Source of the DNA: an uncultured delta proteobacterium
GTDB lineage: Bacteria; Myxococcota_A; Polyangia; Polyangiales; B10-G4
Length of the DNA stretch: 64,000 bases
NCBI GenBank assembly: GCA_963727445.1
Contig: CAVSGI010000010.1
Location: 1,280,001-1,344,000, forward strand
Direction of reading: 5' to 3'
Shown: positions 1 through 10,801 of the stretch, in pieces
How positions within the stretch are numbered: position 1 is the first letter of the stretch
Layout of the letters: each line of letters opens with the position of its first letter
The notes under the pieces: model-generated
What the model was told of the DNA's origin: nothing
Databases searched by the model: none
The model's input: only the letters and a program-made list of their open reading frames with translations
Program-made: the position numbers and the translations under genes

Positions 1-2310
1 GGCGCTGCCGGTCGGGGCGAAGCGGATGGTCACCGTGCAGCTCGCGCTCGAGGCGAGGGACGTGCCGCAGGTGCTGGCGGTGCGATAGAACTCCGCGCTG
101 GTGCTGGTGCCGGGCGCGACCAGGGTCACGGACGAAAGCGCCCGCGTGGTCTGGTTCGTAACCCGGAACTGACGGTCGAGGGTGTTGCCCACCGGCACGT
201 CGCCGTAGTCGAAGGTGTCGCCCGCAACGACCGGCTCGAGGAGGATGTCCGCGATGCCGGTGCCGTTGAGGGCGGCGCTGACGGTCGCTGCGCCGTAGTT
301 CACATCCAGGGACGCCGAGAAAGCGCGCTTCGCGTCCTGACCGGGTGCGAACTGGACGTCATAGGTGCAGGTCGACGAACCGGCGAGGGTCGCACCACAG
401 GTCGAGCTCGGCAGGATGGTGAAGTTGGTGTTGTCGGCCCCGCTGATGCTCGGGCTGATGCCGCTGATCGGGGTGGTACCGACGTTCTGAAGGGTGATGG
501 TCGACGACGCCGTGTCCGTCTCGGCGACCATGCCGTAGTTCACGGTGGTCGGGTTGAGGCGGATGTTGGAGGGGTCGACGCCGTTGCCGGTCAGGTCGGA
601 GACGTCGCGGCCGCCCGGGGTCGCGGTGACCTCGAGCTGGGCGGTCTGGGGTCCGGCCGCGGTGGGCTCGAAGCGCACGGTGATCATGCAGGTTGCGCCA
701 CCGGTCAGAGCCGCGGTGCAGCCGTTGGCCACGAGGTTCCAGTGCGTGGCACCGCCACCGATGAGCGCAGCGCTGGGCACGCCGGAGGTGGCGGTCCCCG
801 TGTTGGTCACGGTGAAGACGACGTTGGTGCTCATCCCGCCGACGGCGACGTCGCCGAAGTTGGAGGCGGTGGGCGTCACGGAGAGCACGGCAGGAGACTC
901 ACCCGTGCCGCTGAGGGCCGCCGTCGCCGGAAGGCCAGACGCCCCCTGGACCCGCAGCATGGCGCTGCGCGCGCCGGCGGTCGTCGGGTTGAACACGACG
1001 GCGACCGTGCAGCTGCCGCCCGCGGCGATGGTGGTGCCGCTGCAACCGTCCGAGTTGATCGGGAAGTCAGCCGCGTTGGCGCCAGCCATCGCGACGGTGA
1101 TCCCGGACACCGGAGAGCCACCCGGGTTGTCGATGGTGAAGGTGGTCGCGCCCGTGGCTGTACCCACCGGCGAGCTGCCGAAGTCGAAGGTCGACGGGGT
1201 GATGGTGATGTTGCCCATCGAAAGCGTCGTCGCCGACAGCGTCGAGGACGCCATCAGCGTGCCATCGGTCACGTCGAGGGTCGCGCTCTTCGCGCCCTCG
1301 GGGAGCGCGGAGTTGAAGCGCACGGTGATCGTGCAGCTCGCGCCACCTGCCAGCGTGATGCCGCTGCAGGTGCTGGTGGTCACCGAGAAGGCGCCGGCGT
1401 CCGTGCCGCCGAAGGTGTGGTCGATGGTGCCCGTGTCCACGCCACCCGTGTTGGTGAGCGTGAAGTCGACGGTCGCGCTGGACATGCCTTCGGTAACCGA
1501 GCCGAAGTCCTGCGAGCCCGGAACGAGCTGCAGGGCCGCCGGCCGAACCGCGGTGCCGCTGAGCACGCCGGTCACGCTGCCGCCGGGGCTGGCGCTGACC
1601 AGGAGGTCGGCCGAGTGGCTTCCCGCCGCGGTGGGCGCATAGACCACGTCGACCGTGCAGGTTGCGCCTGCGCCGAGCGTCATGCCCATGCAGCCGTCGG
1701 TCTCGATCATGAACTGCGTCGCGTCCGAGCCGCTGAGCGAAGCCATGATCGTGCCGCTGTCCGACTCACCGGTGTTGGTGATGGTGAAGGTCTGCGCAGC
1801 GCTCACGGTCGAGACGACGTTCGTGCCGAAGTCGTACGGCGTGGGCGTGATGGAGAGCATCGGATCGGTCAGACCCGTGCCTTCCAGCGTCGCCATCGCA
1901 GAGGCCGTGCCGGCCGAAACGGTGAGCGAGCCAGACGCAGCGCCCGGGCCGGACGGCGTGAAGTTCACGGTGATCATGCAGGTGCCGCCCGCGCTGAGCG
2001 TCATGCCCGCGCACATGTCGGCGACGATCTCGTAACCCGAGCCGCTGATCACACTCGCGAGTGCGGGAGAGACCGCAGTGCCGGCGTTGGTCACGGTGAA
2101 CATCGCGTCAGCGCTGGTCTCACCGACGACCACGTCGCCGAAGTTCTGGAGCGCCGGCTCGATGGTGAGCATCACGCCCATACCGCCGTCGGTGCCGGTG
2201 TCTGTTCCGGTGTCACCGGTTCCGCCGCCGTCATCACCGCACGCGGCGAGCATCGTGGCGCCCAGTAGCGCCAGGACGGTCAGTACCGTCGTTGTACGAA
2301 AGCCATTCAT
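1..2310 (-). CDS. Large lipoprotein with tandem choice-of-anchor D / ASH (ASPM-SPD-2-Hydin) Ig-like repeats; runs off the left edge of the window
   Basis: Absent from the ORF track because there is no stop in the window. Manual minus-strand translation from ATG 2310 gives MNGFRTTTVLTVLALLGATMLAACGDD (lipobox LAAC), with GGAGG upstream. Repeated 'FG.V......FTVTN.G...C...L..G..C...V.F.P' units. Confidence 0.8.
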   Translation of the reverse strand, partial: MNGFRTTTVLTVLALLGATMLAACGDDGGGTGDTGTDTGTDGGMGVMLTIEPALQNFGDVVVGETSADAMFTVTNAGTAVSPALASVISGSGYEIVADMCAGMTLSAGGTCMITVNFTPSGPGAASGSLTVSAGTASAMATLEGTGLTDPMLSITPTPYDFGTNVVSTVSAAQTFTITNTGESDSGTIMASLSGSDATQFMIETDGCMGMTLGAGATCTVDVVYAPTAAGSHSADLLVSASPGGSVTGVLSGTAVRPAALQLVPGSQDFGSVTEGMSSATVDFTLTNTGGVDTGTIDHTFGGTDAGAFSVTTSTCSGITLAGGASCTITVRFNSALPEGAKSATLDVTDGTLMASSTLSATTLSMGNITITPSTFDFGSSPVGTATGATTFTIDNPGGSPVSGITVAMAGANAADFPINSDGCSGTTIAAGGSCTVAVVFNPTTAGARSAMLRVQGASGLPATAALSGTGESPAVLSVTPTASNFGDVAVGGMSTNVVFTVTNTGTATSGVPSAALIGGGATHWNLVANGCTAALTGGATCMITVRFEPTAAGPQTAQLEVTATPGGRDVSDLTGNGVDPSNIRLNPTTVNYGMVAETDTASSTITLQNVGTTPISGISPSISGADNTNFTILPSSTCGATLAGSSTCTYDVQFAPGQDAKRAFSASLDVNYGAATVSAALNGTGIADILLEPVVAGDTFDYGDVPVGNTLDRQFRVTNQTTRALSSVTLVAPGTSTSAEFYRTASTCGTSLASSASCTVTIRFAPTGSA

Positions 2311-2612
2311 GTCTCGGATCCCTCCCTAGGAGTTCTTTGCGCAACCCACCCGAACCAACGGGATAGTCGAACGGCATAGATACGCGCGCTGCTGTTCGTT
2401 TACAACAGTGCAGGAGGCCGAATTTTGGGTCGCTGTGTGACGTCGCACGCAGCCCACTCTTCGCGAGGTCCCGAGGAGGCGACCCCCCCCACGGGGTGAC
2501 ATCGACTCGCGGCTCGACGAGTTCGTTGGGTGGATTACACCCAACCCGTGCTCGGCCTCGTTGTCCTTATTAAAGCGCACGCGGGGTCGCTGCTATCATC
2601 CCCTCCGCGCGC

Positions 2613-4202
<1,590 letters not shown>

Positions 4203-4208
4203 CCCGGC

Positions 4209-6356
4209 TCACATGAGGACGCAAGCGTTCCGGGGCGGGCCGCCGCCGCCGACGCGCCCACAACGCTCGCCGCTCGGACAGTCGGCGTCGGACGAGCACG
4301 AGATCTCGCAGTGCCGCCCCAGGGTGTAACCCGAGGGCAGGAGTGAGCTGCCATTGGTGCGCGTGTTCACGCTCATGCCGGTGCAGCCCGGCCAGCTCAC
4401 CCGCGCCACGTTCACCCAGTCGTCGGTCTCGTCGAGCGTGATGCCCGTGTAGGTGGCGATGAGCGAGCCCATGCAGAAGACGCGGATGGTGGCCGACGTC
4501 GAACCGCTCCCGCCCGACGAGTTGTCGCAGAAGTAGTGAACTCCGATGTTGTAGGTCCCGTTCGACGGTGAGGTGTCGATGCTGATGTTCTCGGGGCCGT
4601 AGCCGTCGCGATCATCGCGGTCGAGGGTCGGGTTGGCGGCGGCACCCACCGGGCCCCAATCGGGTGCGGGGTCTGCGTAGTAGCAGTCGTCGGCGGTCCA
4701 CCATCCGTCGGGCGGGGTGCGCGTGACGTTCAACAGGTGCAGATCGACGTCGCCGTAGGGCTGGTCCCAGGCCAGCTCCACCTGCAGGACGCCAGGTGGC
4801 GTCGATGTGATGGTGACGGTGCAGCAGGTGGTCTCGCCCTCGTCGTCGGTCACGCAGAGCTCGACGTCGAAGGTCCCCGAGGCGTCGAGGAAGAAGTTGG
4901 TGCTGGCGCTCGTCGGCGACGAAGGCATGGCGGTCGAGCCCGTCGGCCGCGACGTCACGGTCCACATGTAGCTGACCGCGCCGCCGTCGGGATCGGAGCC
5001 CGTGCCCGAGAGCGTCACCGTCGAGAGCACCTCGGCGGTGATGCCGCCGCCGCAGGTCACCACGGGCGGCGAGGTCGGGCAGATGCCTCCCTCGTCGGTC
5101 ATGCCGTCGCAGTCGTCGTCGCGCCCGTTGCAGTCCTCGGGCACCGGACCGGTGCCGCCCATGCACGCGCCCCAGCTGCCCGAGCCGTCGCAGGTCTGAC
5201 TACCCGCGGTGCACTCCCCGGTGCTGGTGCCGCAGCTCCGCATCATTCCCGTCGAGCAGGTGCAGCCCTCGTCCACGGTCCCATCGCAATCCTCGTCGTG
5301 CGTCCCGTCGCAGGTCTCGGTCCCCGGACCGGTGCCGCCAGCGCACGTGCCCCAGCTCCCACTGCTGCAGGTCTGGCTGCCCGGGCTGCAGTCGCCGACG
5401 CTCGAGCCGCAGCCGCGGCTCAGCGACTCGTCCGTGCTCCCATCGCAGTCGTCGTCGAGGTCGTTACAGGATTCGACGGTCGGGCTGGTCCCGCCACCGC
5501 ACGTCCCCCAGCTTCCGCCGACGCAGCTCTGGGTGCCCATCGCGCACTCGCCGACGCCCGAGCCACAGCTGCGGCTCAGCGACTCGTCCGTGCTCCCGTC
5601 GCAGTCGTCGTCGAGACCGTTGCAGTCCTCGGTCCCGGGTCCGCGCCCGCCGGAGCAGGCCTCCCAGCTTCCGCCGACGCAGCTCTGGGTGCCGCGCGTG
5701 CATTCGCCAGTCGCCGTGCCGCACGCACGCGACAGCGACTCGTCCGTGCTCCCATCGCAGTCGTCGTCGACGCCGTTGCAGGTCTCGGCAGCGGGTCCGA
5801 CCGCGCCCACGCAGGTGCCGAGCATTCCGTCGACGCACTCCTGCGTACCGCTCTCGCAAGCCCCCGTGGAATCCCCGCAATCGACAGGGCCCATCGCCGG
5901 ATCGCAATCGCATCCTTCATCGACGGCGCCGTCGCAGTCCTCGTCGACCGCGCCGTCGCAGACCTCGTCCGCGGGAACGACGTCACCGACGCACTCACCC
6001 CAGGTCCCGAACTCGAGCGCATCTTCGCAGGTCTGCTCGCCATCGGCACACGCGCCCACCAACCGTTGGCCAGCGCTGCCGCCGAAGCAGCCCTGGGTCT
6101 CACCCGGAACGCAGAAGCACCCCTCGTCGATCATCCCGTCGGCGTCGTTGTCGAGCCCGTCACAGTCCTCGGGCGTCACGCCGCCATCACCGGTGGACCC
6201 GTCGGGGAGCGAGGCGTCCGGGAGCGCGGTATCCCCCCCGATCCCCGTGTCGGAGAAGGCGCCGTCCAGGGAGGCGTCGTCGGTGCCGCTGCCGCGGCTA
6301 CAGGCCGAAAGGAAGACCAGGGCCACCAGGCCCGCAAAAGCTAGATTCCCGCGCAT
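4209..6356 (-). CDS. Cys-rich lipoprotein with putative metal-binding (MopE-related) repeats, a PKD-like domain and a C-terminal YfaP/DUF2135-like domain
   Basis: Lipobox FLSAC; repeated 'E.CNG.DDDCDG.TDE'; 'LSGTGSDPDGG.VSYMW' PKD-like; 'ELAWD..DVDLHL...DRDDRDGYGPENI'. Confidence 0.82.
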   Translation of the reverse strand: MRGNLAFAGLVALVFLSACSRGSGTDDASLDGAFSDTGIGGDTALPDASLPDGSTGDGGVTPEDCDGLDNDADGMIDEGCFCVPGETQGCFGGSAGQRLVGACADGEQTCEDALEFGTWGECVGDVVPADEVCDGAVDEDCDGAVDEGCDCDPAMGPVDCGDSTGACESGTQECVDGMLGTCVGAVGPAAETCNGVDDDCDGSTDESLSRACGTATGECTRGTQSCVGGSWEACSGGRGPGTEDCNGLDDDCDGSTDESLSRSCGSGVGECAMGTQSCVGGSWGTCGGGTSPTVESCNDLDDDCDGSTDESLSRGCGSSVGDCSPGSQTCSSGSWGTCAGGTGPGTETCDGTHDEDCDGTVDEGCTCSTGMMRSCGTSTGECTAGSQTCDGSGSWGACMGGTGPVPEDCNGRDDDCDGMTDEGGICPTSPPVVTCGGGITAEVLSTVTLSGTGSDPDGGAVSYMWTVTSRPTGSTAMPSSPTSASTNFFLDASGTFDVELCVTDDEGETTCCTVTITSTPPGVLQVELAWDQPYGDVDLHLLNVTRTPPDGWWTADDCYYADPAPDWGPVGAAANPTLDRDDRDGYGPENISIDTSPSNGTYNIGVHYFCDNSSGGSGSTSATIRVFCMGSLIATYTGITLDETDDWVNVARVSWPGCTGMSVNTRTNGSSLLPSGYTLGRHCEISCSSDADCPSGERCGRVGGGGPPRNACVLM
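5340..5800 (-). repeat. Intragenic ~156-bp tandem repeat (52-aa Cys-rich unit)
   Basis: gactcgtccgtgctccc recurs at 5425, 5581 and 5737, a period of exactly 156 bp. Confidence 0.85.
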
Positions 6357-6454
6357 CACACCGCCCCAGAAAGAAAGACCCTCGCGTTGTAACCGGAGGA
6401 GGGGAGCCGCGCTAGCGGACCCCGAAAGACCCAGGCGGGAGTAAGCTCGCAGCC

Positions 6455-7177
6455 ATGCCGCACCTCACCCGCAAAGGCGACGTCACCCTCCAATACGACA
6501 GCTCCGGAGAAGGCTTCCCCATCCTCGCCATCGCCCCCGGGGGAATGAAGTCGGCGGGGGGGCGTTGGAGCGCTGCGCCCTTCGACCCTGTCGCGAGACT
6601 CGCCAGCGAATATCGCGTGATCACCATGGACCAGCGCAACGCCGGCGCGTCGTGGGCGCCGGTGGACGACGACGACGGCTGGGCGAAGTACACGGACGAC
6701 CAGCTCGCGCTCCTCGACCACCTCGGCGTCGACCGTTTCGTGGCCATGGGCATGTGCATCGGCGGCCCCTACGCGCTGCGCCTCTGTCTCGCGGCCCCCG
6801 AGCGCGTCGCGTGCGCGGTCCTGCTGCAACCCATCGGCCTCGAAGACAACCGGGACACCTTCCACGAGCTCTTCGATCGGTGGGCGAGCGAGATCGAAAC
6901 CGATCACCCCGAGGCGACCGGAGACGCCTGGTCGTCGTTCCGCAAGAACATGTTCGATGGCGACTTTCTCTTCGGCGCCACGCGCGAAGAGGCGTCCTCG
7001 TGCGAGACGCCGTTGCTCGTGACGATGGGTGACGACCGCTATCACCCGCAATCGATCTCGCGAGAGCTCGCGCGCATCGCCCCCCGCGCAGAGCTCGTCG
7101 AGCGCTGGAAGGAAGGCGCCGACCTCGAGGCCGCGTCGGCGACCATCCGGGCGTTTCTCCAGCGCCACACCTGCTGA
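6455..7177 (+). CDS. Alpha/beta fold hydrolase
   Basis: 'YRVITMDQRNAGAS'; nucleophile elbow 'GMCIGG' (Cys in place of Ser); 'PLLVTMGDD'. Confidence 0.85.
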   Translation: MPHLTRKGDVTLQYDSSGEGFPILAIAPGGMKSAGGRWSAAPFDPVARLASEYRVITMDQRNAGASWAPVDDDDGWAKYTDDQLALLDHLGVDRFVAMGMCIGGPYALRLCLAAPERVACAVLLQPIGLEDNRDTFHELFDRWASEIETDHPEATGDAWSSFRKNMFDGDFLFGATREEASSCETPLLVTMGDDRYHPQSISRELARIAPRAELVERWKEGADLEAASATIRAFLQRHTC

Positions 7178-7208
7178 CCCCGGCGGCCGCGTCGCGTAGC
7201 ATGGCGGC

Positions 7209-8756
7209 GTGCGAACGGCCCACCTCGTCGCGCCCTTCGCGGCGGTCATCCTCGTCGCATCGTGCGGAGACGACGCACAGGGACAGCGCGCTCAGGGCGA
7301 AGCCGAGAGCGCTGGCGCGACGAGCGCCGCCGCGCCGGTCGCGGCCCATCACCCCACGGACACCCTCGCCCTGCCGCCCCGGGTCGATTACCTCGCCGCG
7401 GGCGGCGGCGCCGAGCCCGCCTCGAGCCAGGTCTCCCTCGAGCAGGACCTCGCGCTTCTGCGCACGCTCCTCGGCGACGCGCCAGGCGTCGTGCTCCACG
7501 CCGGTGGCGCCGGCGCCGCGAGCACCCACGAGGCCCCAGCGGAAGGAGAGATCGACGGCGACCCCCTCTTCGTCCGTCTGGGCGCGCTCCTCGATCCCCG
7601 GGAGAGCCGTCGCGCGCATTTTCGCGAGAGCGCGATTTCGCCCGACGGGCCCTCGTCGATGGTGGCCTTCGAGCAGGCGCTCCGGCGGGGCCTCGCCTCG
7701 GACCCGACCACGCCGCTCTTCCTCTACCTCAACGGTCACGGCGATCTCGGCGAGGTGAACGCGGACAACGCCGTCCTGCTCTGGGGCGGCGAGCCGCTCA
7801 CCGCCTTCCGCCTCGCCCAGCTCCTCGAAGGCGCCGAGCGTCCGGTCCGCGTCGTCGTGACCTCGTGCTACTCGGGCGGCTTCGCCGAGCTCGCCTTCGA
7901 AGGCGCAGACCCGGCGCGCGGTCCTGCAACCGCGGACGTGTGCGGGCTCTTCGCGACCACCGCCGACCGCGAGTCGAGCGGGTGCGACCCGAACCCCGAC
8001 CGCGCGGCGCAGGAGGGCTTCGCGCTGCACTTCCTGCACGCCCTCGCGAGCGAGGACGCACGCGGCCGGCCCCTCGATCCCGCCGACGTCGACTTCGACG
8101 GTGACGGCGTGGTGACGCTTTACGAAGCGCACGCCCGCGCGCGCATCGCCGGGCTGTCGATCGACATCCCCACCACCACCGCCGAGCGATGGCTGCGCGC
8201 GTCCGTCGACGACGAGGGTCCGCCGGTCTCGGCGGCGCCCGAAGCATCCCCGGTCGAGCGCGCCGTCGCCCGTGCGCTCGGCGCGTCGCTCTCCCTTTCG
8301 GATGCCGCCCACGCCGAGGCGCGCCTCGACGAGCTCGAAGCGGAGGTCGAGTCTCTGGCCACGCGCCTCGACGAAGCGAGCGGCGACGCGGACATCGCCT
8401 GGACCGCCTTCCGCATCGGCCTCCTCGAGCGCTGGCCCATCCTGGACGATCCCTGGGACCCGCGCCTCATGCCCACCATCGACGCGCATCGCGAGGCCAT
8501 CGAGCGCTACCTCGACTCCTCCCCCGTCGCGCGCGAGTACATCGACGCCCAGGACGCGGTGGCCACCCTCGAAGAACGGCTCCTCTCCCTCGACGACGCG
8601 ATCGCCCGGGTCACGCGCCTGGTCCGCGCCCACGAGAACATCCGCCTCGAAGCCCGCCTGCGCGCGCAGGGCGGTGAGGCGCTCCGGATATACGATAGGC
8701 TGCGCGCATGCGAAGCGACTCCGCTCCGCCCGAGACCGAGGCCGGCGAGCCACTGA
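7209..8756 (+). CDS. Lipoprotein with clan CD (C13 legumain/caspase-like) peptidase domain and C-terminal coiled-coil
   Basis: Lipobox LVASC; 'FLYLNGHG' His motif and 'VVVTSCYSGGF' Cys motif; EF-hand-like DFDGDGVVTLYEA. Confidence 0.7.
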   Translation: MRTAHLVAPFAAVILVASCGDDAQGQRAQGEAESAGATSAAAPVAAHHPTDTLALPPRVDYLAAGGGAEPASSQVSLEQDLALLRTLLGDAPGVVLHAGGAGAASTHEAPAEGEIDGDPLFVRLGALLDPRESRRAHFRESAISPDGPSSMVAFEQALRRGLASDPTTPLFLYLNGHGDLGEVNADNAVLLWGGEPLTAFRLAQLLEGAERPVRVVVTSCYSGGFAELAFEGADPARGPATADVCGLFATTADRESSGCDPNPDRAAQEGFALHFLHALASEDARGRPLDPADVDFDGDGVVTLYEAHARARIAGLSIDIPTTTAERWLRASVDDEGPPVSAAPEASPVERAVARALGASLSLSDAAHAEARLDELEAEVESLATRLDEASGDADIAWTAFRIGLLERWPILDDPWDPRLMPTIDAHREAIERYLDSSPVAREYIDAQDAVATLEERLLSLDDAIARVTRLVRAHENIRLEARLRAQGGEALRIYDRLRACEATPLRPRPRPASH

Positions 8757-8767
8757 CCGTCACCGGG

Positions 8768-9985
8768 ATGGCCCGGATCCGGCGCGGCCTCTCCACGCGC
8801 CTCGGATGGCTGGGCGTGGCGCTGACGGCTGCGATGCCGCTCTTCGCGTACCTCCGCTCCCTCGAGCCGCTGCGCGACATCGCCCCCCTCGTCGGTGTCG
8901 GCGCCGGCTGGGCGGCGCTCGCGTGCTTCGCGGGTTGGGGCGTCGCTCGATTCGCGGGCCGAAGTCGGCGCGCCGAGCTCGTGCGAATCGATGCGCGCGG
9001 CGAGGGTGATTCGACGCGTATCCGTCTCGAACCGGAAGGCGGCGAAGTGTTCGAGGTGCGGCTCAGCGAGATCGCGAAGGGCCAGGTCCGCCCGCATGGC
9101 GATCTGAGCCAGCGCATCGATGCAGAGCTCGAGCTCCAGAGCGGCGACGTTCTGAAGATCAGAGTCGAGAGCCCCGACGAAGGTTTCGAGATCCTCAGCC
9201 TCGCCGGCGTCGACGTGTCCGATCAGCGGATCGCGATTCGGCTCCGAATGAACGGACAGTTCACCCTCGCCTCATTGGTCACGCTCTTCCTCGGGGCCCT
9301 CCCGGGCGGCGTCGCGATGGTGACGGCAGAGCGGCTCGGCGCGATCGCGGCGCTGGTGTACCTGGTCGGCTCGGGCCTGTTGCTGCGCTTCTTCCTACGC
9401 GTCTTTTCCCCGGGAGAGATCGTCGTCGGCGCCGACGGGGTGTCGGTGGGCAAGTTTCGCAAGCACACCCTGCCCATCCGCGAGCTCGCTGCGGCACGCC
9501 TGGTCGCGAGCGGGCAGGACGTGCTCCGTCAGACCCTCGTCCTCGAGCGCCACGTGGGTATCGCCGAGGTGATCAACCTCGGTCCCGTCGAACGGAGCAC
9601 CGCCCTGCTCCTCGTGACCCGCATCAATCGGGCGATCGCACTCGCAGGAGCCGCCGGTGAGTCGCTCTCGAGCCTCGATCGCGGCGACCGTACGCTCGAG
9701 CAATGGCGCAAGGAGCTCCGACGCACCCTCAGCGGCGCGGTGGACTATCGCGACCGGGGCATCCCGCGCATCCGCGTGGTCGAGACCCTCGAAGATCCCA
9801 ACGCGCCAGCGGAGCGACGCCTCGGGGCGGCGATCGCGCTCGAGGAAGCCAACGACCCGGAGGCGCGGCGCATCCTCATGCGGGTGGCCGAGGCCACGAT
9901 CGACGGCGCCCTCGCGCGTGCCCTCCGCGAAACGGCCGAGGGAGACCTGGAAGAGAAGAGCGCCGACGCGCTTCGACGTTCCTGA
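8768..9985 (+). CDS. Hypothetical multi-pass membrane protein with C-terminal HEAT-like helices (start uncertain, 8708 or 8768)
   Basis: Two TM hairpins, each followed by a beta-rich segment; 'ERRLGAAIAL' HEAT-like; co-directional with neighbours. Confidence 0.65.
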   Translation: MARIRRGLSTRLGWLGVALTAAMPLFAYLRSLEPLRDIAPLVGVGAGWAALACFAGWGVARFAGRSRRAELVRIDARGEGDSTRIRLEPEGGEVFEVRLSEIAKGQVRPHGDLSQRIDAELELQSGDVLKIRVESPDEGFEILSLAGVDVSDQRIAIRLRMNGQFTLASLVTLFLGALPGGVAMVTAERLGAIAALVYLVGSGLLLRFFLRVFSPGEIVVGADGVSVGKFRKHTLPIRELAAARLVASGQDVLRQTLVLERHVGIAEVINLGPVERSTALLLVTRINRAIALAGAAGESLSSLDRGDRTLEQWRKELRRTLSGAVDYRDRGIPRIRVVETLEDPNAPAERRLGAAIALEEANDPEARRILMRVAEATIDGALARALRETAEGDLEEKSADALRRS

Positions 9986-10027
9986 CTTCTCGCGCTCGAT
10001 CCCTGCCAGCTGGTATTCTCACGGGCG

Positions 10028-10801
10028 ATGCGAATCGCAGGCACGCTCATCGCCGCCCTCGTAATCGGGCTCACCCTTCCGCGCGTCGTTCTCGCCCAGA
10101 CCGACACGGACACCCAGCGGGCGCGCGACCTCTTCAGCGAGGGCGTGGAGCTCAGCGGCAGTGGCCAGTACGAGCAGGCCGCCGCGAAGTTCCAGGAGGC
10201 GTACTCGATCGTCCAGGCGCCGAACATCGCCTACAACCTCGCCGTCGCGCTGGTGGAGCTCGGCCATGTCGTCGATGCGTCCGAGTACGTGCAGGCGGTG
10301 CTCGACGATGCGGAGGCACCGCGCGACGTGCAGCGTCTCGCGACACAGCTGAAGGGCACGATCGACGCGCGCATCGGCCATCTGACCGTCACGCTGATTC
10401 AATCGCGCGGAACGGCGTCCATCCTCCTCGATGGGAGCTCCCTCGATGACGACCAGATCGGCGTCGCGGTGCCGGTGGACCCGGGCGACCACGTCGTCAC
10501 CGCGGAGCAGGGCGGCAACGTCCTCGAGCGCCAGCAAACCTCGGTCAGCGCCGGTCAGAGCCAGGACGTGATGCTCGACCCGACGACCTGGGCGTCGGGT
10601 GCGGCGCTGGACGCCGAGCTCTATGACGAGGCGCCTGCTGAGGAAGACGATGGAGGTGGGGGCTCCATCCTCGGCAAGTGGTGGTTCTGGACGGTGGTGG
10701 GGGTCGTCGTCATCGGCGGGGCCATCGCCATCGGCGTCGCCGCCTCCTCCACCGAGGGGCCGCTCGAAGGCAATACGACCCCGGCCGTGGGGAGGTTCTG
10801 A
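10028..10801 (+). CDS. Secreted TPR + PEGA-like domain protein with C-terminal TM anchor
   Basis: Signal peptide; 'ARDLFSEG...YEQAAAKFQEAY...NIAYNLA' TPR; 'VPVDPGDHVV'; 'KWWFWTVVGVVV'. Confidence 0.8.
   Translation: MRIAGTLIAALVIGLTLPRVVLAQTDTDTQRARDLFSEGVELSGSGQYEQAAAKFQEAYSIVQAPNIAYNLAVALVELGHVVDASEYVQAVLDDAEAPRDVQRLATQLKGTIDARIGHLTVTLIQSRGTASILLDGSSLDDDQIGVAVPVDPGDHVVTAEQGGNVLERQQTSVSAGQSQDVMLDPTTWASGAALDAELYDEAPAEEDDGGGGSILGKWWFWTVVGVVVIGGAIAIGVAASSTEGPLEGNTTPAVGRF

Noticed and set aside
545..2268. Long plus-strand ORFs (365 aa, 508 aa)
   Set aside because: Antisense shadows of the minus-strand ASH-repeat lipoprotein; no motifs, as expected in high-GC DNA.
2311..2612. Lower-GC intergenic region as an ncRNA or riboswitch
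   Set aside because: Consistent with a divergent promoter region; no recognisable RNA structure or motif.
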